A DNA stretch of 64,000 nt from an uncultured Candidatus Saccharibacteria bacterium (GTDB taxonomy: Bacteria; Patescibacteriota; Minisyncoccia; Phycocordibacterales; UBA5272). The translations under genes and the position numbers were made by a program. Location: positions 67,732-131,731 of the forward strand of contig CAYJED010000001.1 of the NCBI GenBank assembly GCA_964369115.1. Reading direction: 5' to 3'. The stretch's first letter is position 1. Every line of letters begins with the position of its first letter. A model generated the notes under the pieces. That model was not told where the DNA came from. It searched no databases and worked only from the letters and a program-made list of their open reading frames with translations. Positions 47,221 to 54,225 of the stretch are shown piece by piece.

Positions 47221-47500
47221 GCTTTTATACTCCACTTTCTTCAATAATCGCCTGTCGAACATCTTCCCAGGTTCGGAGCCAAGAGAGACGAGACGCCATG
47301 AAAATGGCGTTTTGTCCTTTTATACCAAGGTAATTAGTAGGTTCTAACCTTTTCATTATCTCCTTTTGCGCTTTTAATTCGTTTTCAATCAAAATAAATG
47401 GATGCGCCTTCTCAATTATGAGCTTTTTATCTTTTAAAGTTAGGTTCGAGCCAATTGTTGAAAATATCGTTCGCTTCTTTTTGAGGTCTCCTGTATTGAA

Positions 47501-48115
47501 ATGATGGAAAGCAAAGGCACAAAAATTAAAGGCCCTCTCTGTAGGGTTGTCTACGGTTCTCTTGCTATCATGGTCATTTCAGTTATTTACAAGATATTTT
47601 TTGATCCAAACTGGCAAGTTCTTTTCTCTGCATCTGTCGCATACGCAAGTTTATTTAATAGGACTATTACTCAACATCTCCCGAAACTCTTCTCTAAGAG
47701 TGATGGTAAAGTTGCCACGACTGAATATTTAATTGATAAAGTTGTACTAGAAAGTATAAATGTATGTAACGCAAATGGTTTATTCTTTAATCAGGCAGTA
47801 TTGGTGTCTGAAGATTCATCACAAATAATTACAATCCCGAACGAGAGAATAAACGATATAGACTCATATCTTAATGAGTTAAAATTAAGCGATTTTAAAC
47901 ATAACAACATTGCTATCGCTATGGCAGGCTCATATGATTGGAAACAATTCTTGTGGAGTGGTGTAAAGCATTACGAGGCATTAATAATTGAAGTCTACTT
48001 ATCTAAAGGAGTGAAAAAGTATAGTTTTTGCCAAACTATTGATAATGATTCGGGCTTATACAAGCCAAGTGAACGAGGGTTAATATATCAAGGTTCTGTA
48101 GCAATCAAAGGGTAA
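47501..48115 (+). CDS. Hypothetical protein (204 aa)
   Basis: ORF with an N-terminal hydrophobic segment. No family recognised. Weak SD. Confidence 0.4.
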   Translation: MMESKGTKIKGPLCRVVYGSLAIMVISVIYKIFFDPNWQVLFSASVAYASLFNRTITQHLPKLFSKSDGKVATTEYLIDKVVLESINVCNANGLFFNQAVLVSEDSSQIITIPNERINDIDSYLNELKLSDFKHNNIAIAMAGSYDWKQFLWSGVKHYEALIIEVYLSKGVKKYSFCQTIDNDSGLYKPSERGLIYQGSVAIKG

Positions 48116-48219
48116 GTGAAAGATTTGCTCCAATCAAAAGTTCTGAACCTGTGTACCGTTCGGAGCATTAATACAAAAAGCCACAAGTTCATTCTTGTGG
48201 CTTTTTGTATTAACTTTTC

Positions 48220-48327
48220 AACGAAGCAAGTGACCTACTTCACTTGCATGTAAGATCGAATACGGGGTCGAGGTTCTACTTCGAGCAAAGCGAGGTAGAA
48301 TCGTGACCGATCCCTACTCGCGGAGCA
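48220..48327 (+). repeat. Structured arm plus 19-nt tRNA-3' core, copy B
   Basis: gcaagtga-cctact-tcacttgc hairpin, ctacttcg...cgaggtag hairpin, ggggtcg...cgatccc pairing, ending in gatccctactcgcggagca (48309-48327). Confidence 0.7.
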
Positions 48328-48330
48328 CTA

Positions 48331-48359
48331 TTGACAAAAGCATTATATATTGTTATACT
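48331..48359 (+). promoter_or_regulatory. Consensus sigma70-type promoter (paralogue of 46909-46937)
   Basis: TTGACA (48331-48336), 17 nt, TATACT (48354-48359). The downstream 5'UTR is similar to the one at 46938-46967. Confidence 0.5.
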
Positions 48360-48395
48360 GCTTTTGTTCTTTCATCAGTATACAGGAGTTACAAA

Positions 48396-48665
48396 ATGTT
48401 TCGTTTCAGTTCGAAGGTCAAACCGCCTTACAACAACAGAAAAGAACATGCAAAATGGAAGAAAAAGTTCGCTTTCTTTCCGGTCGTTATCAGCAGAACA
48501 GGAACCACAGAAACTAAGGTCCTATTTTGCTTCTACGAGGAGCGTGTCTACTGCGACCCCATGGGTGCTTCTGTGTATGGTGGTGATACGGTAACCGAAC
48601 GTCGTCTGCCGGGTTCAACAGAAGTCTGTGAAGTTGATCGACATGATGGTGACCCATTGCTCTAA
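48396..48665 (+). CDS. Small hypothetical protein (about 89 aa)
   Basis: AGGAG SD 7 nt upstream of ATG 48396. Lys-rich N-terminus, C-terminal Cys residues. Confidence 0.45.
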   Translation: MFRFSSKVKPPYNNRKEHAKWKKKFAFFPVVISRTGTTETKVLFCFYEERVYCDPMGASVYGGDTVTERRLPGSTEVCEVDRHDGDPLL

Positions 48666-48702
48666 CCGCCAAGCAAGAAACTGCTTCGGCGGTTTCTTGT
48701 TT
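48664..48702 (+). terminator. Terminator hairpin (paralogous to 47184-47220)
   Basis: accgccaagca-agaaac-tgcttcggcgg followed by tttcttgtttt. Confidence 0.5.
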
Positions 48703-48810
48703 TACACTTCATCCCTCAAACTTTTCATATTCATCATCCCCACCCTCATACCCGAGTACTCCCTCATCAGTTCGGTAAAGAAGGTTTGTGGGGAGCACAT
48801 AAAATCTTAA

Positions 48811-48839
48811 GTCCACCATTTCGGTGGACTTTTGATTTT
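48811..48839 (+). terminator. Hairpin plus T-run
   Basis: gtccacc-atttc-ggtggac followed by ttttgatttt. Confidence 0.4.
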
Positions 48840-48897
48840 AGTGCTCAGTGAGAGTAAAGCCAACTGCTTGGCTTTTCTTTTTGATATACTTATATAA

Positions 48898-49429
48898 TGA
48901 ATACTTACGTGGCTCTACTCCGTGGAATAAATGTAGGAGGTAATAACAAAATTGAAATGACAAAACTCAAAGTCCTTTTTGAGTCACTCGGCTACACGAA
49001 TGTTGTTACTTACATCAATTCAGGCAACGTAATATTTGAGACAAGAAAAAAGATGTCAGTCGGCTGACAAGTGAAATTGAAAAAGGTATAAAAAAGAAAT
49101 TCAAGCTAGATATTCCAGTTGTACTACGTACACAACAAAGTATTGAGAAAGTGTGTAAGAACATCCCACCAGATTGGGTAAATGATAAAGATAATAAAAC
49201 TGATGTAATGTTTCTGTGTGATGAGTTTGCAAGTAAGAAAACTCTAAAAATAATTTCTACTAACCCAAAAATTGATTCGTTACTGTATGTTGATGGGGCT
49301 ATTGTTTGGCATCTAAAAAAGAAGGATTACGAAAAGAGTAAAATGAATGACATTATCGGTACAGAAGTATACAAAAATATGACTATACGAAACATCAATA
49401 CTGTTCGGAAACTTGCAACATTGATGTAA
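48898..49429 (+). pseudogene. DUF1697-family gene disrupted by a -1 frameshift in an A6 run
   Basis: N-terminal part MNTYVALLRGINVGGNNKIEMTKLKVLFESLGYTNVVTYINSGNVIFETRKK stops at TGA 49065-49067. The downstream frame (track ORF 49151..49429, open from about 49063) continues LTSEIEKGIKKKFKLDIPVVLRTQQSIEK... One extra A in aaaaaa (49046-49051) would fuse them. Confidence 0.7.
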
Positions 49430-49440
49430 AAGAAACTATC

Positions 49441-49560
49441 TCTTTTTCTGTACTCACCCAGTCCAAAGTTCTGAACTCGTCCACTAGAGGGATCGAATAC
49501 GGGGTCGAGATTATACTTCGAGCGAAGCGAGGTAGAATCATGACCCGACCCCTACTCGTA
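49441..49560 (+). repeat. Structured arm plus degenerate tRNA-3' core, copy C
   Basis: gggatcgaatacggggtcgag...cgaggtagaatcatgacccgacccctactcgta. ggggtcg/cgacccc pairing. The core is degenerate at 3 positions. Confidence 0.55.
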
Positions 49561-49976
49561 GAAATGAGCGATCATTGTCCTTACAAACCATTCAAGCTGA
49601 TGCTTGCCTCGATCTGTAAGCACCTCGGCGAGTTTGTCGATCTGTGGATGCAACAGAAGATTGTCATGCTCCAAAAAACTGTCGCAACGCATTGCCGTAG
49701 CAACCCGATGTGAAGAAACTCGCCAAGCATTGCAAGAATCTCAATCATGCCTTGGTCAGCGAAGAGGACATCATGATCCCCGATGAAAAGTAACCAATAC
49801 TGTGTGGTTAGATTTCACATTTAAATAAGACTTTTGGTCAAGATTTGTCTTGTGACATAAGAGGCTCGGTACATGATGTCATAAACCATAAGACCAAAGG
49901 AGTAGCTTTAGTCTATAGTCATCCAAATACCAGTGAACACAACCCGGGCCCCGTTTCGACGGGTGCTTTTTCTTTT

Positions 49977-50228
49977 TTAGCGATGTGTGCACCCAGCCCA
50001 ACAGCAAGGTCTCTTTTTTCCTTGTAATAAATCATTGTGCAATCTTTCTATTCGACCCTTCCTCGTATCTTCTTTCTTTGCGGAGTCTATAAAACAGAGC
50101 CATTCATTTCTAGCAAGTGGAGTAATGTTTTCCCAGGAAGTGTACATTTTTTCAGAAGAGAGAAGTCTTTCTTTTACATCTGTTGGAATTTTGTGAACAA
50201 CTCCATCCGAAAGAGGTCTTTTTATCAT
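49977..50228 (-). CDS. YdeI/OmpD-associated family-like small protein (83 aa)
   Basis: The C-terminal NEWLCFIDSAKKEDTRKGRIERLHNDLLQGKK resembles the conserved YdeI C-terminal motif (..W...AK..eTR.rRi...). Only the C-terminal domain is present. Confidence 0.45.
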   Translation of the reverse strand: MIKRPLSDGVVHKIPTDVKERLLSSEKMYTSWENITPLARNEWLCFIDSAKKEDTRKGRIERLHNDLLQGKKRPCCWAGCTHR

Positions 50229-50291
50229 ACTGTAAGTGTAACAGATTCTTGATATACTTTTTGTATTATTAGTTAATCATATAAATAACCT

Positions 50292-51038
50292 ATGCTTTAT
50301 TTTCTACTTAGTGCACTCGTTGTTATTATTGTAAGTATTCGTCAAATAAATCAGTATGAACGTGGAGTTAAGTTTACTCTCGGAAAGTTTTCTTCTGTAA
50401 TGGAACCAGGATGGAGGATTGTCGTTCCTGTCTTTCAGTCGTATCAAAAAATTGATATTCGCATTAAGGCGGTAGATGTTCCAGACCAGAATGCGATCAC
50501 GAAAGATAATGTTTCCGTAAAAGTAAATGCAGTTATTTACTACAAGGTTAGCGACGCACAAAAATCAATCATTGAAGTAGAAGATTTTAGATATGCTATT
50601 TCGCAATATGCCCAGACCACAATGAGAAACATTGTAGGAGAAGTAACGCTCGACGAGCTTCTTTCAAGTCGAGATAAAATTGCAGATAGAATCAGAGAAA
50701 TTGTTGATAAGGAGACAGATGCCTGGGGTCTTGTGGTTCAGAATGTTGAACTTAAAGATGTAAGTCTTCCTCCTGATATGGAAAGAACCATTGGTAAACA
50801 AGCGGAAGCTGAAAGAGAAAAAAGGGCTGTAATCATTAATTCTGAAGGAGAATTGGCAGCATCGGAAAATCTTGCAAAAGCAGCGGAGATGCTTGCAAGT
50901 ACTCCTGGAGCACTCCACCTTCGAACTTTGCAGTCTATCAATGATATGTCTTCTGATCAGTCAAATACAGTGGTGTACATGGTTCCAGTGGAAGCTCTTA
51001 AAGCTCTTGAAGGTTTTACAAAACTTGGCAAAGCCTAA
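50292..51038 (+). CDS. SPFH/band-7 (stomatin-like) protein
   Basis: N-terminal TM, SPFH domain (ERGVKFTLGKF...AITKDNVSVKVNAVIYYKV), then an EA-rich coiled coil. Confidence 0.85.
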   Translation: MLYFLLSALVVIIVSIRQINQYERGVKFTLGKFSSVMEPGWRIVVPVFQSYQKIDIRIKAVDVPDQNAITKDNVSVKVNAVIYYKVSDAQKSIIEVEDFRYAISQYAQTTMRNIVGEVTLDELLSSRDKIADRIREIVDKETDAWGLVVQNVELKDVSLPPDMERTIGKQAEAEREKRAVIINSEGELAASENLAKAAEMLASTPGALHLRTLQSINDMSSDQSNTVVYMVPVEALKALEGFTKLGKA

Positions 51039-51220
51039 AAAAATTAACATAAAAACAATCGCACGATCGTGTGTTTGTTTTACTTTGTAGGTATACTTAA
51101 ACATAATGATAAAAATTGTTGCTGTAATAATGATTGTGCCAATTCTAATTATTATAAGCGCGCTTTCTATGTCTTACAATGCAAAAAAACAAAATGCAGG
51201 AAAGGATACAACAAGCTCTC

Positions 51221-51955
51221 TTAAGGTTTTAGAGAAGGAAGGTGTGGTTCAATAAGTTTTGAAAACCAAAGTTTGTATCCTTTATCGTTAGGATGTGTCT
51301 TGTCAGTTGCGTAAAGTCCTCCCTCAGAAAGAAGCCCTTCATCTTTTTCATCCTGGTATAGTGAAATAAAAGTTACAGAATGAGTATTGCTTATTTCTTT
51401 TGCTATAGCTTGAAATTTCTGAGAGCGTTTTTTATATATATAAGATAAAGGAAAAGGGAAAATCGGAGAATTTCCAACATTAGGGGGTGTAATGTAGACA
51501 AGTTTTTCCGCACGATGTTTTGCTTCTTTAAATAAATCAGTAAGACATCTTTTAATGTGAGTAAAACTTCGCATAGTAACGATATCCATCCCTCCACAAA
51601 AAATAATAATAAGATTGTACTTATTTGTGTCTTCTTTCAGAATACGAGAACATTCAGAAATTCCAATAGCATCTTTTCCTTGAAGTGTAAAAGAATCGGT
51701 GCGATAGTGTTGTTTAATTTGTCTCCCTAGTGTTGTTTCTTGAGACCTTGCGCCAACACCACGAACAATACTGTCACCTATAAAAAGTATTGAAATTGAA
51801 GTAGTTTTGGAAAATCTCGGATACTCCTCTTTTTGTAAAAGTGTTGTTAATTTACTTTCTTTTTTTGTTTTAAGTGAAAAATAAGTTACCCATACTGTTA
51901 CCCATAGAACATAGGTAAAAATATAAATTATTAAAAAAATAATTACTTGTTCCAT
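51221..51955 (-). CDS. SGNH/GDSL-family hydrolase, membrane-anchored
   Basis: N-terminal TM, block I GDSIVRG, and a C-terminal DxxH-like segment (DKTHPND). Confidence 0.7.
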   Translation of the reverse strand: MEQVIIFLIIYIFTYVLWVTVWVTYFSLKTKKESKLTTLLQKEEYPRFSKTTSISILFIGDSIVRGVGARSQETTLGRQIKQHYRTDSFTLQGKDAIGISECSRILKEDTNKYNLIIIFCGGMDIVTMRSFTHIKRCLTDLFKEAKHRAEKLVYITPPNVGNSPIFPFPLSYIYKKRSQKFQAIAKEISNTHSVTFISLYQDEKDEGLLSEGGLYATDKTHPNDKGYKLWFSKLIEPHLPSLKP

Positions 51956-52542
51956 GACTGTATAGCTGTTAAGAAAATGTTTTTAGTGAATGTTTTCTTC
52001 TTCATGTCAAAATAAAGAGCTACAGCTGGAGCGCTCACTTTTGGATAATGCTTTTCTTTTCCAAAAACGGTAAAGCCTAACATCGTATAGAAACGAACGT
52101 GTTTTGGGTTAACTGAGATACAAAGATAACGCACGTTCTCTTCTGTGGCTTCTTTAAAAACTTTACCAAAAAGAGGTACTTGAGCAAAAAGTGACTCTTT
52201 AGCACTCATTACACTACATACGATATCTTTATCGATCGCAAGTTGAACAACTTCAGCAACTAACCCCCCTTGTCTCAATGGAATAATTTCTTCTTTGTAT
52301 AACTCCTCCATCGGAAGCGAATCATCATTTTTACTTAGAATAAGACTCACGGTTCCATACATTATCTCTTTGTGTAGTGCAATAAAACGAAAAGCGTTTT
52401 CATTTTCAAAAAAAGAAACTATTGATGACGCTTCGATCTCTTTAATATATCCTTCCCCTTCATATACTTTTGTTACAAGTGTTGCTGCTTGTTTTTTTTC
52501 ATTCAAGGTTACCGCCTGTCTACAAAAAAATGATTCAAACAT
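51943..52542 (-). CDS. GNAT-fold acyltransferase (possible acyl-ACP-dependent N-acyltransferase)
   Basis: 199 aa with an LRQGGLVAEVVQLAI motif (GNAT motif A-like). Lies directly downstream of an ACP gene on the same strand. Confidence 0.45.
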   Translation of the reverse strand: MFESFFCRQAVTLNEKKQAATLVTKVYEGEGYIKEIEASSIVSFFENENAFRFIALHKEIMYGTVSLILSKNDDSLPMEELYKEEIIPLRQGGLVAEVVQLAIDKDIVCSVMSAKESLFAQVPLFGKVFKEATEENVRYLCISVNPKHVRFYTMLGFTVFGKEKHYPKVSAPAVALYFDMKKKTFTKNIFLTAIQSWNK

Positions 52543-52547
52543 ATAAA

Positions 52548-52844
52548 CTATTGATAATTCTTAGTAAGAAAAAAATGTGAAAGAAAATTAGGATTTTTCT
52601 CAAATTTTTTCATTGCAAGATCAACTATGTCGCCAACTGTATCAAGCAATACAACATCCTCGTAATCAATTTCATGATCAAGCTCCTTTTCAAAAGTAAC
52701 TAAAAGTTCAAAAAGAATAATGGAATCACCGTGTAGCTGTAAGATTTTTGTCGAAGTGTCAAGATTTTCGACATTTGGAATAACTGAACGAATTATTGAT
52801 AAAACTTTTTCCTCAGTAAACTTTTTTAATTGAGATGCTTCCAT
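52548..52844 (-). CDS. Acyl carrier protein-like
   Basis: 98 aa acidic protein with LHGDSIILFELLVTFEKEL (GxDS(L/I) phosphopantetheine-attachment-like motif). Confidence 0.6.
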   Translation of the reverse strand: MEASQLKKFTEEKVLSIIRSVIPNVENLDTSTKILQLHGDSIILFELLVTFEKELDHEIDYEDVVLLDTVGDIVDLAMKKFEKNPNFLSHFFLTKNYQ

Positions 52845-52867
52845 GAAATATATCTTAAAGTGTAGGC

Positions 52868-53398
52868 TTATTTTTTTGGAATTGCAACAAAACTAACCAC
52901 ATAACCTTCTATTTTATAGGTTTTTATAAAGGCAGGGACAGGTTTTCCGCTCCTTTCTATCGTTATGCATTCTCTCCTAAAGAGTGTCTTTTTGGGGTGA
53001 ATAAGCAAACCTTCACCGTACGACTTCCCTACCGCTTCTTTTACACTCCAATAGAGAGTAGCGAGCGCTTCTTTATCTTCATTATTTTCTATGTCCAAGA
53101 CTTCTTCGTTCACACAAAATTTTTTAGAAAGAGATAGGGTTTTTATATCTATCTTTTCTATATCTATACCAAGATTAAAGTTACCTTTTGAAAATGCTAT
53201 ACATATATATTCGTCTTTATGAGAAATGCTTAACGAATAGATATTTTTTTTTACTGATAGAAATGGCTTATTATTTTTATTTTTTACGATATAGCAATCT
53301 TTCAAATCAGGATGCTTTTTTGTTAGATAGTTTTGAATTAAAGAATGAGAATAGATGTTCTTATCTTTCAGACGTAGTACGTAAATATAACACTTCAT
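52868..53398 (-). CDS. 4'-phosphopantetheinyl transferase (Sfp/AcpS superfamily)
   Basis: NKPFLS...SISHKDEYICIAFSKGNFNLGIDIEKI and WSVKEAVGK match PPTase motifs (GKPxL, ..SHS.., GxDxE, WxxKEA). Confidence 0.6.
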   Translation of the reverse strand: MKCYIYVLRLKDKNIYSHSLIQNYLTKKHPDLKDCYIVKNKNNKPFLSVKKNIYSLSISHKDEYICIAFSKGNFNLGIDIEKIDIKTLSLSKKFCVNEEVLDIENNEDKEALATLYWSVKEAVGKSYGEGLLIHPKKTLFRRECITIERSGKPVPAFIKTYKIEGYVVSFVAIPKK

Positions 53399-53492
53399 TA
53401 AGTAAAGTATACACTTCTGTGGTTTGTTGTATGAAATTTTTTATACACATGAAATATTTACTTTTTTTAATAACCTGACCTATACTCTGAGT

Positions 53493-54212
53493 ATGCTCAC
53501 AGTGCATAATCTCAAAAAATATTTTGGAACTAAAAAAGCCGTAGATGGCGTAAGTTTTTCTATTAAATCAGGTGAAATATTTTCTCTTATTGGGCCAAAC
53601 AGTGCCGGTAAATCAACAATCGTTAAAACTATTATCGGTCTTCTTGAACCAACAAATGGGTCGGTAACTATAGATGGTCATGATGTTATTAAGAAACCAG
53701 AGGTTACAAAGGCTTTAGTTGGATATATTCCAGATGAACCTTCTGTGTGGAGCTATATGACAGGAGAAGAGTTTTTACACCTCACACAGGCGCTTTTCGG
53801 TATTAAAGAAAGTGAAAGAAAGAAAGAAATCCCTAAGCTTCTCGAAACCTTTTCTTTGACAGGAATTGAAAAGCAGTCATTTGATGAATATTCAAGAGGA
53901 AATAAGCAAAAGTTTAGTATTCTCTCCGCCCTCTCTCATTCCCCTAAACTTCTTGTGGTGGATGAACCGATTGTAGGTCTTGATCCAATAAGTGCTGATA
54001 TTGCAAAAAAGCTTTTTAAGGAATATGCGGAGCAAGGAGGTGCTGTGCTTCTCGTAACTCATACACTTTCAGTGGCTGAAGAAATTTCTACACACATTGG
54101 TTTTCTTAAAAATGGACAACTTGTTGCAACTGGCACCCTTGAAGGGTTGCGTAAAACAGCTGAAGTAGAAGATGATGCTTCTCTTGAAACTATTTATAAG
54201 ACGCTTGCCTAA
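53493..54212 (+). CDS. ABC transporter ATP-binding protein
   Basis: Walker A GPNSAGKST, signature LSGGNKQKF-like, Walker B LLVVDEP. Start chosen at MLTVHNLKKYFG. Confidence 0.85.
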   Translation: MLTVHNLKKYFGTKKAVDGVSFSIKSGEIFSLIGPNSAGKSTIVKTIIGLLEPTNGSVTIDGHDVIKKPEVTKALVGYIPDEPSVWSYMTGEEFLHLTQALFGIKESERKKEIPKLLETFSLTGIEKQSFDEYSRGNKQKFSILSALSHSPKLLVVDEPIVGLDPISADIAKKLFKEYAEQGGAVLLVTHTLSVAEEISTHIGFLKNGQLVATGTLEGLRKTAEVEDDASLETIYKTLA

Positions 54213-54225
54213 TGTACTCTTATAT

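Noticed and set aside
48628-48810. 60-aa ORF overlapping the terminator after the 48396..48665 gene
   Set aside because: It spans a terminator hairpin and T-runs, with no SD. Likely spurious.
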